A DNA stretch of 64,000 nucleotides, taken from positions 625-64,624 of the IMG/VR virus record IMGVR_UViG_3300019487_000032; one strand, 5' to 3'. The DNA comes from a virus. Below, piece by piece: positions 19,888 through 28,949 of this stretch. The notes under the pieces are model-generated. The model ran no database searches and was not told where the DNA came from. It saw nothing but the letters and a program-made list of their open reading frames with translations. The position numbers and the translations under genes were made by a program. Each line of letters opens with the position of its first letter. Within the stretch, counting starts at the first letter, position 1.

Positions 19888-21845
19888 GCAACATCGACGA
19901 GGTATTTGACCAATCAGGCGCACTCGCACGCGCGATCCCCGGCTACGAGCGCCGCGAGGGTCAAGTGCAGCTCGCGCGCGACATCTGGAACACCGCCAAC
20001 CGGGGCGGCATCCTGCTCGCCGAAGGCCCGACGGGCATCGGCAAGTCGTTCGCGTACGCGATTCCAGCGATCCTGCGCGCGGTCGCGACCGGCGCACCGT
20101 CGCTGATCGTGACCGCGAACAAGGCGCTGCAGGATCAGCTCGCCGAGAAAGATTTGCCGCTGCTCGCAGAGATTCTGAAGGACACCGTCGCCGCGAACTT
20201 CCGGTTCAAGCTGCTCAAGGGCCGCTCGAACTACATCTGCCAGCGCGAGCTGATACTCCGCGAATCGCGGAGCCTGAACTGGCCGATGGGATCCGAGAAC
20301 GAAGGCGACGCGCTGTCTGCGTGGGTGGCTGCGCCACCGTGCTCTGGCGATCGTAACGACGCGCCTGTGGTCAGCGATCAGACCTGGCGCGCGGTGTCGA
20401 TCTCGGGCGACGACTGCGACCACAACGCGTGTGTGAACTACTCGACGTGCTTCGCCGAGCTTGCCGCCGAAGAAGCCGAGCGCGCCCACGTCGTGATCGT
20501 CAACTACGACCTGTTCTACTCGAAGCTCCAGCACAGCAACGATCCGTTCTGGCACAAGTTCGGCTTCGTTGTGTTCGACGAGGCGCACGAGGCCGCATCG
20601 ATCGCGCGTCGCTGCTTCGGCACCGAGATCACCGAGTGGGGCATCCGGCGGCTCGCGACCGCGGTCAGCGACAAGGTCGGCGAGCGCGAGCTGGCCAAGA
20701 CGCTGCGCAACGTCGCCGCGCCCGTGTTCGAGAAGATCGCCGACTACGCGCTGCAGTACCGCAGTAGCGGCCGATTGAAAGACCCGGGCTTCGTCAACGT
20801 CGACGATCTCTGCGACACGCTCCGCGAGGTCGTGTCGGCCGCGAGCGGTGGCTGCGGTGCGTGCATGGTCGACGAGATCTGCGCGGCCTGTAACAACCGC
20901 AAGAAGATCCAAGAGCGCGCACAGGAGATGTCCGACAACATTCGCGCGTTCGTCGACCAAACCAATGACATGACCGCGTACTGGCTCGACAAGCCGATGG
21001 ACACCGCACGCGTCACAGGCGCGACGATCAAGCTGTGCGCGGCGCCGTACCACGTCGGTGACGTACTCAAGCGGCTCGTGTTCGACAAGTACGAGTCGAT
21101 CGTCTGCGTCTCGGCGACGCTCGCAGCCGGCGGTGGCTTCGACTTCATTCGTGGCGAGCTGGGCCTGACCGATCCCGTGATGACAGCCAAGACGCAGGTC
21201 ACACGCGTCGCGAGCCCGTTCGACTACGCCAAGCAAGCCAAGTTCGTCATCCCGCTCGGCATCCCGTTCCCGACCGGCGAGAACGAGGCCATCTTCGACG
21301 CGGCAGCGTCCGACGCGCTCGTGCAGCTCATCCAGGAGTGTAAGGGCCGCACGCTCGCGCTGTTCACGTCGTGGCGCCGACTCAAGCACATCGCCGAGTC
21401 GATCAAGGACCGCATCGACTACCCGCTGCTCGTCCAGGGCGAAGCGCCGAACAAGATGCTCGCGCAGATGTTCCGCGAGCAGACTGACAGCGTGCTGCTC
21501 GCGACGCGCAGCTTCTGGATGGGCCTCGACGTCTCTGGTGAGTCGTTGTCGTGCCTCGTGATCGACAAACTGCCGTTCGAGAGCTTCGACGATCCCTTCG
21601 TCGACATGATGAAGGAGAAGCACCCGGACACGTTCTACGAGGACTTCTACGTACCGCGCGCAACGATCACGCTCGCGCAGGGTGCAGGACGCCTCATCCG
21701 CAGCGTCACCGACCACGGCGTGTTCGTGCTGCTCGACCAGCGCATCAAGACGAAGCGCTACGGCCGACAGTTCCTCGCGAGCTTGCCATTCAAGGGCTAC
21801 TCCCAGGATCTCGCCGATGCCGGCAAGTTCCTCGCGAATCACTAA
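19884..21845 (+). CDS. dinG: DinG/YoaA-family Fe-S SF2 helicase
   Basis: EGPTGIGKS, LKGRSNYIC, Cys cluster, VFDEAH, VSATL, SPFDY, LFTSW, CLVIDKLPF, QGAGRLIRS. Confidence 0.92.
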   Translation: MSNIDEVFDQSGALARAIPGYERREGQVQLARDIWNTANRGGILLAEGPTGIGKSFAYAIPAILRAVATGAPSLIVTANKALQDQLAEKDLPLLAEILKDTVAANFRFKLLKGRSNYICQRELILRESRSLNWPMGSENEGDALSAWVAAPPCSGDRNDAPVVSDQTWRAVSISGDDCDHNACVNYSTCFAELAAEEAERAHVVIVNYDLFYSKLQHSNDPFWHKFGFVVFDEAHEAASIARRCFGTEITEWGIRRLATAVSDKVGERELAKTLRNVAAPVFEKIADYALQYRSSGRLKDPGFVNVDDLCDTLREVVSAASGGCGACMVDEICAACNNRKKIQERAQEMSDNIRAFVDQTNDMTAYWLDKPMDTARVTGATIKLCAAPYHVGDVLKRLVFDKYESIVCVSATLAAGGGFDFIRGELGLTDPVMTAKTQVTRVASPFDYAKQAKFVIPLGIPFPTGENEAIFDAAASDALVQLIQECKGRTLALFTSWRRLKHIAESIKDRIDYPLLVQGEAPNKMLAQMFREQTDSVLLATRSFWMGLDVSGESLSCLVIDKLPFESFDDPFVDMMKEKHPDTFYEDFYVPRATITLAQGAGRLIRSVTDHGVFVLLDQRIKTKRYGRQFLASLPFKGYSQDLADAGKFLANH

Positions 21846-21860
21846 CCAGGAGCGACGATT

Positions 21861-22082
21861 ATGATGACCCCGACCAAGTACGAGTACACCCCGCCCGTCC
21901 AGACCGCCGGCATGGCGAAGGACTTCACCACCAAGATCGAGATCGCGCAGGGCGCGAACGGCTGGGTCGCGACGTTGCACATCACGTCGAGCCCGTTGCA
22001 CTCGGCGGGTGACGCACAGGCCAAGCTGCGCGGGGAGCTGCTGCGCCTTGCCGAGACGCTCGGCGGATCGGCCACGAAGTGA
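21861..22082 (+). CDS. Small hypothetical protein
   Basis: AGGAG RBS; coupled to tmk. Confidence 0.6.
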   Translation: MMTPTKYEYTPPVQTAGMAKDFTTKIEIAQGANGWVATLHITSSPLHSAGDAQAKLRGELLRLAETLGGSATK

Positions 22083-22708
22083 AAACGCGCGGCAAGTACG
22101 TGCTCTTCGAGGGCCCGGACGGCTCCGGCAAGTCGACACTCGCGAAGATGCTCGCGGACGCGATCGAACGCGTCGACACACGCGTACGCCGCATGGCGTT
22201 CCCGAGTCGTGTGTCTGTCGTCGGCGGTCTGATCCGCGACACCTTCGAGTCCAAGGTCATGGTCAATCCCAAGGCCATGATGTGGCTGTTCGTCGCCGAG
22301 GGCGTCGACATGGAACCGCAGATCCGGCGCGCCGTCACCGACGGTGACTGGATCGTCTGCGATCGTCACACGATGGTCTCGGGCCTCGTCTACCAGGCCG
22401 AAGTCCACGGCATCGATCACGTCACGGCGGTCACGTCGCGCGCCAACTTCATCGTGCCCGATCGCGTCTACCTCGTCGATGTCCCTGCTGAGGTTGCGAT
22501 GAAACGGCGTGAAGCGCGCGGCGAAGCGCGCAATGTGCTCTACGAACCGGAGAAACTCGACCGGTTGGAGAAGATGTGTCAAGCGTATCGTGACCTGCGA
22601 TCACGATTCGCATCTAGCGTGATTATCGACGGAACCAAACCGTTCGATCAGAACCTACGCTGGATGTGGCAGGATCTCGGCCTTCCCGGCGAGTTACACC
22701 TGCCATGA
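22079..22708 (+). CDS. tmk: Thymidylate kinase
   Basis: FEGPDGSGKST, VCDRH..S..VYQ, PDRVYLVDV. Confidence 0.9.
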   Translation: MKTRGKYVLFEGPDGSGKSTLAKMLADAIERVDTRVRRMAFPSRVSVVGGLIRDTFESKVMVNPKAMMWLFVAEGVDMEPQIRRAVTDGDWIVCDRHTMVSGLVYQAEVHGIDHVTAVTSRANFIVPDRVYLVDVPAEVAMKRREARGEARNVLYEPEKLDRLEKMCQAYRDLRSRFASSVIIDGTKPFDQNLRWMWQDLGLPGELHLP

Positions 22709-23004
22709 CAACCGAATCCGACCTCATTACGCGCGTCCACGAAGAACATCTGATGGCGGCCTTTGCAGTGGTGCTCACGCACCCTGCAGGGTACGGCATC
22801 GAGTTGTTCGCCGACCTGTGGCTCGATCGTCTTGAGGACGGACGGTTCCGCGTCTCGCAGCACGACGCGAAGGGCACAATGACGTCCGAAGAGCTATTCG
22901 ATGACGTCCGAGAAGCAATCAGCTTCTACCTCGACCTGCGCGACCAACGGCAGCTCGGGCTCGACTACGAAGGCGAAAAACCAACCAACGATGCTAAGGC
23001 GTGA
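22705..23004 (+). CDS. Hypothetical protein
   Basis: ATGA overlap with tmk. Confidence 0.6.
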   Translation: MTTESDLITRVHEEHLMAAFAVVLTHPAGYGIELFADLWLDRLEDGRFRVSQHDAKGTMTSEELFDDVREAISFYLDLRDQRQLGLDYEGEKPTNDAKA

Positions 23005-23140
23005 GACCGAGAAACAGCTGATGCGCGATCTGATCGCGCGCGGCGCAGCATCCGACCAACGTCGCCCGTTGTCGGTGCTTGCTGTGGGCCTGACGCTGCT
23101 GTTTGTCAGCGTCGCACTGTTCTGGCTCACGCGAACCTAG
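22991..23140 (+). CDS. Small membrane protein
   Basis: C-terminal hydrophobic helix LSVLAVGLTLLFVSVALFWL. Confidence 0.5.
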   Translation: MLRRETEKQLMRDLIARGAASDQRRPLSVLAVGLTLLFVSVALFWLTRT

Positions 23141-23149
23141 GGGAGCTAC

Positions 23150-24052
23150 GTGATGTCGACCAATACCGAAACCAACGGCGTGCACCAGATCGAGGTGCCG
23201 AACACCGAACCACTACTGCCACCGCGCGCCAATTGTACGGCGCCGATCAAGTGGGTCGGCGGCAAACGCTGGCTCGTGCCGACGGTGGCACCGTCGATCT
23301 ACGAGCGCCTCGGCGCGACGCAAGGCCGCTACATCGAGCCGTTCATGGGCTCGGCCGCGATCGCGCTCGACCTCGGCCTGCCTGGCATGATCCTCGCTGA
23401 TGTCTGCAAGCCGCTCGTCGCGACGTACCAGGCGATCCGCAAAACACCCGAAGCCGTTGCGTGGGCGCTCAGCACGCTCGTCGAGAAGGGCACCGACAAG
23501 GACAGCTACCTCGCTGTACGGGCATCGGAGCCGACGAGCGTCGTGTTCGCGGCGGCGCGCTTTATCTATCTCAACAAGTTCGGTTTCAACGGACTCTACC
23601 GTGAGAACCGTCAGGGCAAGTTCAACGTCCCGCACGGCGGCGATCGTTCGAGCGCTGGCATCCCTGGGATCGACGAGCTGAATGCGGTCGCGAAAGCACT
23701 CAAGGAAGCCGAGATCCGCGTCGCCGACTTCCGCTCGACGATCTTTCGCGCAACGGCCGGCGACGTGCTCTACGTCGACTCGCCGTACTACGAGACGTTC
23801 AGCGACTATACGGCCGGTGGCTTCACCGACGAGGATCACCTCGATCTCGCGACCGCATTACGTGAAGCGCACGAGCGCGGCGCGGCGGTCATCGCCTCGA
23901 ACAGCGACCACGAGCGCGTCCGCGAGCTGTACACCTGGGCCACGGTCGTGCCGGTGCACGAGCGTCACGCTGTCGGCGCGACCGCCGAGCGCCGTGGTAT
24001 GAAGCCGGCGGTGCTGATTCTATCCGACGACACGCTTCTGCGAGGGGCCTAA
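23150..24052 (+). CDS. dam: Dam-like (D12 class) DNA adenine methyltransferase
   Basis: PIKWVGGKRWL, YIEPFMGSAA, AARFIYLNKFGFNGLYRENRQGKFNVP; catalytic motif reads DSPY. Confidence 0.88.
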   Translation: MMSTNTETNGVHQIEVPNTEPLLPPRANCTAPIKWVGGKRWLVPTVAPSIYERLGATQGRYIEPFMGSAAIALDLGLPGMILADVCKPLVATYQAIRKTPEAVAWALSTLVEKGTDKDSYLAVRASEPTSVVFAAARFIYLNKFGFNGLYRENRQGKFNVPHGGDRSSAGIPGIDELNAVAKALKEAEIRVADFRSTIFRATAGDVLYVDSPYYETFSDYTAGGFTDEDHLDLATALREAHERGAAVIASNSDHERVRELYTWATVVPVHERHAVGATAERRGMKPAVLILSDDTLLRGA

Positions 24053-24054
24053 TC

Positions 24055-24330
24055 GTGGCGCGTAACCGGAAGCTCTACACGTACAAGCCCGACCACGTGT
24101 TCGAGGACGGCGTCGCGCTCAAGACGGTGCGCGACGCGATCATCGCTGCGGGCGCCACCGGCATGTGGCACGTCGCGTGGGACATGGCAAAGCGCTACAA
24201 CCTGCAGGAAGCGATCTGCATGAAGTGCGCGAATCCAATCCACGCGTCGCAGGGTACGTATCTCATGCGCAGCGGAATCGCGATGCGGTTCTGCAAGAAG
24301 TGTCCGTCCGAGCTGCCGCGCAATCACTAG
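24055..24330 (+). CDS. Hypothetical protein with two CxxC pairs
   Basis: CMKC ... CKKC. Confidence 0.6.
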   Translation: MARNRKLYTYKPDHVFEDGVALKTVRDAIIAAGATGMWHVAWDMAKRYNLQEAICMKCANPIHASQGTYLMRSGIAMRFCKKCPSELPRNH

Positions 24331-25037
24331 CTGCGGCGCTTGTCCTGACGCAGCCACCAGAAGCTGGTGATGCTGTCGAGCGACGCCGGGTTGACCTGCC
24401 CGCGCGACGCCGCTTGGCGCGTACCGTTCTCGGACAGATCGAACAGGTCGGCGAGTTCGCGGTAGCCGTACGACCAACGGTTGCGCCGCGCCGATCGCAC
24501 ATCACCGTCTACGGGCACAGCGAGGTTGTCGGGATGGTTGTTCCATGGATTCTGATCGATGTGCTCGACCGCGCCGCCGCCGATGACGCCGAAGATCACA
24601 CGGCACAGCGGCGTGTAGTCGCGCCCGGTCAGGATCATGAAGTGGTCGTCTACGATCTTCGCGAACGGTTGCAGCGGTCCACCGTGCTGCTCGCAGAGCC
24701 CCGGCTGGAGCATCGTTGCGCGACAGCCCGGGAAGCCGCACTCGTACAGATCGAATCGTGGCCATCGCGCACGCCACTGCGCAAGCGTCGCGCCGGGCAA
24801 TGCTTGTGCAGCCTGTTCGTCCGTGAGCCGGACCGAACGCCCCGCGAGTGCATCAATGATGTAACGCGCTGCAGTGCGCGCATCCGTCGACGTCCGCAAC
24901 CGTGATCGTGTTGTAGCTGGCGCTTCGTCTGCAGCGACTGCAAGATCATCGAACGTGAACAGCTTGCTCGGGCCGCGCTCGCGATGCCGCGCCCGAAACA
25001 CCTTCCGTGGATTCTCGCCCCGTTTGAGGATAGGCAT
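24327..25037 (-). CDS. Hypothetical protein containing an HNH-like motif
   Basis: AVEHIDQNPWNNHPDNL; CGFPGC..GLCEQH Zn-like motif. Confidence 0.6.
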   Translation of the reverse strand: MPILKRGENPRKVFRARHRERGPSKLFTFDDLAVAADEAPATTRSRLRTSTDARTAARYIIDALAGRSVRLTDEQAAQALPGATLAQWRARWPRFDLYECGFPGCRATMLQPGLCEQHGGPLQPFAKIVDDHFMILTGRDYTPLCRVIFGVIGGGAVEHIDQNPWNNHPDNLAVPVDGDVRSARRNRWSYGYRELADLFDLSENGTRQAASRGQVNPASLDSITSFWWLRQDKRRS

Positions 25038-25097
25038 CGCGCGCTGACCGCGAGTGTACTTCAAACATGGTCGAAACGCGCCGATCGCCATGACGGC

Positions 25098-25113
25098 GAT
25101 CGCGGATGCGATC
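25098..25113. promoter_or_regulatory. GATCGC-N4-GCGATC palindrome (candidate operator)
   Basis: GATCGCGGATGCGATC in the divergent intergenic region; a degenerate copy lies at 25128-25143. Confidence 0.5.
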
Positions 25114-25206
25114 GTCTTGACGCCGAGGATCGCTCATGGGATCGTTCTCAACACAACCCCGAGAGAAGGCATGTCGCCAACTTCAGGGTCAACTTTCACA
25201 AAGGTC

Positions 25207-25437
25207 ATGAAGATGAACATCGAGAACCTCTCGGGTGATGGTCTCGGCAAGCGCCGCCGCCGTCGTCGTCGCCGCCTCGGTTCGAGCGGCGTTACCCTCG
25301 TCGGTCGCCGTCGGCGCCGGGCGAAGGGCTGCAGCGCCGCGGGCGTCAAGGCCAACGGTCGGCTCCGCAAGGGCTACCGCTGGGCCAAGGGCCGTGCGGG
25401 CTGCGCCGTCAAGGCGCGCCGCCGCCGCCGGAAGTAG
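25207..25437 (+). CDS. Protamine-like Arg-rich protein (probable DNA-condensing core protein)
   Basis: MKMNIENLSGDGLGKRRRRRRRRLGSSG...ARRRRRK; followed by a UUCG hairpin and a terminator. Confidence 0.7.
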   Translation: MKMNIENLSGDGLGKRRRRRRRRLGSSGVTLVGRRRRRAKGCSAAGVKANGRLRKGYRWAKGRAGCAVKARRRRRK

Positions 25438-25441
25438 GACC

Positions 25442-25501
25442 AGCGGCTTCGGCCGCTAGCCTGAGAGAAGGCCGCGTGCGATTTCGTACGCGGCCTTTTT
25501 T
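25442..25501 (+). terminator. cUUCGg hairpin followed by an intrinsic terminator
   Basis: AGCGGC-TTCG-GCCGCT (25442-25457); AAGGCCGCGTGCG-ATTT-CGTACGCGGCCTT plus T-run (25468-25501). Confidence 0.85.
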
Positions 25502-25526
25502 CGTCTACCCCATTCCCGAGGTCGCT

Positions 25527-25820
25527 ATGCCGCGTAAGCACCACCTCTCTCTGATCATCAAGGGCCCCGTCAAGAGCGCCAAGCGTGCCGCGTCACGCCA
25601 CGGCATCTCGACCGTGTCGTGTCGCGCCGTCTCCGGCGACGTGCAGTGCTACGCGCCGTGCAGTGGCAGCGCCACGCACAAGACAGCCGCGTGGTACAGC
25701 GAGCGCAGCCGCACGAAGGCTGGGCGCGGCTACCCGCCGGGCACGCTCCTCTACTACTCGGGGTCGTGCCCCACCGGACTCGGCAAGCGCAAGCGCCGCC
25801 GCTCGAAGCGGAGCCGCTGA
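25527..25820 (+). CDS. Basic Cys-containing protein with GLG/poly-Arg tail (paralog of 26875-27180)
   Basis: SLIIKGPVKS..DVQCY..PGTLLYYSGSCPTGLGKRKRRRSKRSR; GAGG RBS. Confidence 0.75.
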   Translation: MPRKHHLSLIIKGPVKSAKRAASRHGISTVSCRAVSGDVQCYAPCSGSATHKTAAWYSERSRTKAGRGYPPGTLLYYSGSCPTGLGKRKRRRSKRSR

Positions 25821-25822
25821 CC

Positions 25823-26005
25823 ATGCCGAAGCAACGCTGCCAGGACATGCTCGAAGATCTGCTCTACGACGCCGTGGATGCAGGCGCCGCGAACCGCGTC
25901 GTCAATCCACGGAAGATCGGGCATTTCGTCGACGTCTGCGTTCGTCCGAACGCGGCCGGGCTCGGTCGCCGTAAGCGTCGTGCGCGGCGCAGGGGTCGTC
26001 GGTGA
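25823..26005 (+). CDS. Small protein with GLG/poly-Arg tail
   Basis: Ends ..NAAGLGRRKRRARRRGRR. Confidence 0.7.
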   Translation: MPKQRCQDMLEDLLYDAVDAGAANRVVNPRKIGHFVDVCVRPNAAGLGRRKRRARRRGRR

Positions 26006-26235
26006 GCAAGCGGACCACGTTTGATCGTCTGCCTGTCGGCGCGTGCTTCGCGTACGACGCAGGCACGAAGCAAGCGACACGTCGCAAGGTCGACGCGTCC
26101 CACACGGCGCTCGTGCCTGCTACCAGCAAGCGCTCGTACCGTGTCGACGACATCGAGATGCGCGTGTTCGAGAAGGCCTGCCCAGTCAGCTTTGGTCGCC
26201 GTCGTAAGCGGCGCCGCAACAAGAGGAGTCGCTAG
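26002..26235 (+). CDS. Small protein with FG/poly-Arg tail
   Basis: GTGA overlap; ends ..CPVSFGRRRKRRRNKRSR. Confidence 0.7.
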   Translation: MSKRTTFDRLPVGACFAYDAGTKQATRRKVDASHTALVPATSKRSYRVDDIEMRVFEKACPVSFGRRRKRRRNKRSR

Positions 26236-26237
26236 TC

Positions 26238-26522
26238 ATGGCGAAGAGGAAATCATCCCGTCGTCGGCGCAAGAATCTCGGTTCGAGCGATCGGTTCGTC
26301 GTCAGCGGCCCCGCCACGTGGCGGCGCAGTGTCCATACGACCAAGAGCGCCGCCGTCGATCAGGCGAAGGCATGCTCGAAGCGGCACCCGAACGCGATCT
26401 GCAAGGTCACCGAAGGCCTGCCCGGCATGCAGCGCACGATCGCTGAGTGCAACCGTAGCGAGTGCTACGCGGTCAGCGGCGGCATGGGCAAGCGTCGGCG
26501 CCGTCGCAAGGCGAGGCGCTAG
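26238..26522 (+). CDS. Small protein with basic N-terminus plus NLG and a GMG/poly-Arg tail
   Basis: MAKRKSSRRRRKNLGSS ... SGGMGKRRRRRKARR; GAGGAG RBS. Confidence 0.75.
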   Translation: MAKRKSSRRRRKNLGSSDRFVVSGPATWRRSVHTTKSAAVDQAKACSKRHPNAICKVTEGLPGMQRTIAECNRSECYAVSGGMGKRRRRRKARR

Positions 26523-26524
26523 TC

Positions 26525-26875
26525 ATGGCGACGAAACGCAAGCGTCGTCGTTCGCGTCGCGGGCTCGGCGATTCTCCGGCGATCCACACCAAAAAGATGG
26601 CCGAAGCGTCGACGATGATCGGTTACTCGATCGCCGAAATGACCAACCGTGTACGCCACGGCAAGTGCGGCGCAGCCTCGGCCGTATACGCCGAGATGAT
26701 GATGGGCTACGGCGAGTACACCGCACACCAGAAGGCTGGCGGTACCTCGACGGCACCGCTGCACGAAAAGTTGGTCCACAAAGCGATCAACGAGTTCAAC
26801 GAGAAGTGCCTCGTCAACCGCGACTATCGCAGCGGGCTCGCGCGTCGTCGTCGTCGACGGAAAGCACGCCGCTAG
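26525..26875 (+). CDS. Small protein with basic N-terminus plus GLG and a GLA/poly-Arg tail
   Basis: MATKRKRRRSRRGLGDS ... RSGLARRRRRRKARR. Confidence 0.75.
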   Translation: MATKRKRRRSRRGLGDSPAIHTKKMAEASTMIGYSIAEMTNRVRHGKCGAASAVYAEMMMGYGEYTAHQKAGGTSTAPLHEKLVHKAINEFNEKCLVNRDYRSGLARRRRRRKARR

Positions 26876-27180
26876 TGGCGAAGCGCAAGCGTCGCGAGCA
26901 CGTCTCGCTGATTGCCAAAGGACCCAAGAAGAGCGTGCAGCGCGAAGCCGCTCGCTACGGCATCCCGATGTCGTCGTGCGTGACGCACGGCAAGGACGTG
27001 CAGTGTTTCACCGCCTGCACGCCATCGACACGCGACCGCCTCGATCAGTGGTTCCGGGCAAGCAAGCCCAACCGCTCGACGCAGCGGACGTGGAGTCGGC
27101 CCGGCGCACTACTGTACGTCGGCGGCTCATGCCTGAGCGCGCTCGGTGCGCGCTCGCGTCGGCGCCGGAAGGCACGGTAG
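26875..27180 (+). CDS. Basic Cys-containing protein with ALG/poly-Arg tail (paralog of 25527-25820)
   Basis: GTG start; SLIAKGPKKS..DVQCF..PGALLYVGGSCLSALGARSRRRRKAR. Confidence 0.75.
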   Translation: MAKRKRREHVSLIAKGPKKSVQREAARYGIPMSSCVTHGKDVQCFTACTPSTRDRLDQWFRASKPNRSTQRTWSRPGALLYVGGSCLSALGARSRRRRKAR

Positions 27181-27189
27181 AGTCCCGTC

Positions 27190-28479
27190 ATGGCCGCGAT
27201 CATCCCGCACCTCGAAGTCCCCAGCGACGTCACCGCGATCGAGCGTGCCTACGACATGTGCGTCGGCTCGTTGAGCGGACCGAACCTCGGCGAAGACCAC
27301 CACGCGTGCCCTGCACCGCAATCGGTCCTCGCGGACGCCCACGCTGGCCTACTCGGCATGGTGTTCGTGCGTGAGGCGGTATTCGACAGCCTAAAAGACC
27401 TGCAGTTCATCGTCCGACCCGGCAACGCTGAGGGCAAGGACACGAAGAAGGTCTTCCTCGTGCTCGACCGTCCGATCGGTCCGGGTCCGGCCTGGAACCC
27501 GGCGACGAATCCCGACGTCTCGCAATACAAGCTCTTGTCGTGGACGTCGAAGATGAACGCGCCGTCGTGGTCGCTGCCAGCTGGCGCACCGCAGATCGGC
27601 GGCGCGTGTCCGGGCGCCGTCGCGGGTCAGAGCGTTGTGCCCGAGAAGGCGCTTGATGCAGGCGCACGGCTCGTCAACATCGGTCTCGGTCGACCTGCGA
27701 ACACGCCGGTCAACCTCGCGCAAGCGATCTGCGAGCACTGCTACGCGACCGGTGGCCAGTACTCGACGGGCCAGGTGCAGTTCGCGCAGATCCTTCGCTT
27801 CCTGTGGGCGCGTCAGGCGATCAACTTCCACCTGCCGAACGGTTCGACAGCGTTCGTCGAGGCGATGGTCTATGCGATCGACAACGCCGACTACAAGCTC
27901 AACGGCGGCACGGTGCAAGGTGAAGGCGCCGAAGCGACGCAAGATCTTCCACCGGAGCCGACCGGTCGGCGATTCTTTCGCATCCACGACAGCGGTGACT
28001 TCTTCGAGGAAGAGTACCTGCGCCAGTGGAAGATGATCGCGGACCGGCTCCCGGACATCACGTTCTGGGCACCGTCACGCATCTGGGCGACGAGTTGGGG
28101 CACGGCTGCCGTCAACAAGATCAACCGTGACCCGCGCAACCTGATCATTCGTCCGAGCGCATACGAAGTGAACGAACCCGGCCCCGTCGATCTCGGTCCA
28201 GGCTGGGCCGGCCCGACGACGGTGATCGCGGTTTCGCAGAACCTCGGCATGACGCCCGAACGCGAGCGCTACGTCTACGAGCACGCACACCGCTTCCCGC
28301 CCAAGCTCACCGGTCCGGATCCGCGCTACACGTGGAACTGCCAGGCGTACGCCACCGACGACGCGAAGCACACGTGCCGCAAGGCTGTCGCGCCGCCCGG
28401 TCTCGGCGATGCGAACGGTAAGGGCTGTCGCGCGTGTTGGATCGCGCCGACGGAGATCGTCAACTACTCGCTCCACTGA
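27190..28479 (+). CDS. Phage GP88-like protein (radical-SAM-like Fe-S fold) with insertions
   Basis: SKMNAPSWSLPAG, ACPGA, CEHCYA.GG.Y, FRIHDSGDFF, FWAPSR, NLIIRPS, C-terminal C..C..CRACW. Confidence 0.7.
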   Translation: MAAIIPHLEVPSDVTAIERAYDMCVGSLSGPNLGEDHHACPAPQSVLADAHAGLLGMVFVREAVFDSLKDLQFIVRPGNAEGKDTKKVFLVLDRPIGPGPAWNPATNPDVSQYKLLSWTSKMNAPSWSLPAGAPQIGGACPGAVAGQSVVPEKALDAGARLVNIGLGRPANTPVNLAQAICEHCYATGGQYSTGQVQFAQILRFLWARQAINFHLPNGSTAFVEAMVYAIDNADYKLNGGTVQGEGAEATQDLPPEPTGRRFFRIHDSGDFFEEEYLRQWKMIADRLPDITFWAPSRIWATSWGTAAVNKINRDPRNLIIRPSAYEVNEPGPVDLGPGWAGPTTVIAVSQNLGMTPERERYVYEHAHRFPPKLTGPDPRYTWNCQAYATDDAKHTCRKAVAPPGLGDANGKGCRACWIAPTEIVNYSLH

Positions 28480-28487
28480 GGAACGTC

Positions 28488-28946
28488 ATGCCGAAGAAGA
28501 AGCCATCGACCGCAAAGGGCGTCGTCAGCAAAGACGACGTACCGTGCCTGCGCGTCGTCGTCGGCGGGAAGCCCGGCAAGACCGGACAGACCGACTCGAA
28601 GGCGTGTGCGATCGTCGGCGAGAGCCGTGGTGGCGTCAGCAAGTTCAACCTCGGCAAGAAGTACAACTCGACGAGCAAGACGGTCGCGACGCCCAAGAAC
28701 AACAAGCCGTGTCTCGGTGCGCTCAAGCGCACCGGCTGTCCGGTGCAACTCGCGTTCGAGAACGGGCAACCATTCCTGCGCTTCTGTACGACCGAGAAGC
28801 AACCCGGCTACCGTGTCAACGTCGACAACCCGGCCGAGGCCGTAGCGCAGGCAAGCGCCGCGTGCGCAACCTGGAAGGCCAAAGGCAAGTTCGAGTTTCC
28901 GCCGGGGACACCGCTCCGGGGCACCCCCAAGCGCAAACGCAAGTAA
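28488..28946 (+). CDS. Lys-rich, Cys-containing hypothetical protein
   Basis: GAGG RBS; basic termini (MPKKK..., ...PKRKRK). Confidence 0.7.
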   Translation: MPKKKPSTAKGVVSKDDVPCLRVVVGGKPGKTGQTDSKACAIVGESRGGVSKFNLGKKYNSTSKTVATPKNNKPCLGALKRTGCPVQLAFENGQPFLRFCTTEKQPGYRVNVDNPAEAVAQASAACATWKAKGKFEFPPGTPLRGTPKRKRK

Positions 28947-28949
28947 CCC

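Noticed and set aside
19914-22181. Long antisense or alternate-frame ORFs (also 6918-8378, 11075-12409, 9229-10296, 40070-41215, 32949-34184)
   Set aside because: These are shadows of high-GC3 real genes; they have no motifs and lie entirely over better-supported CDSs.
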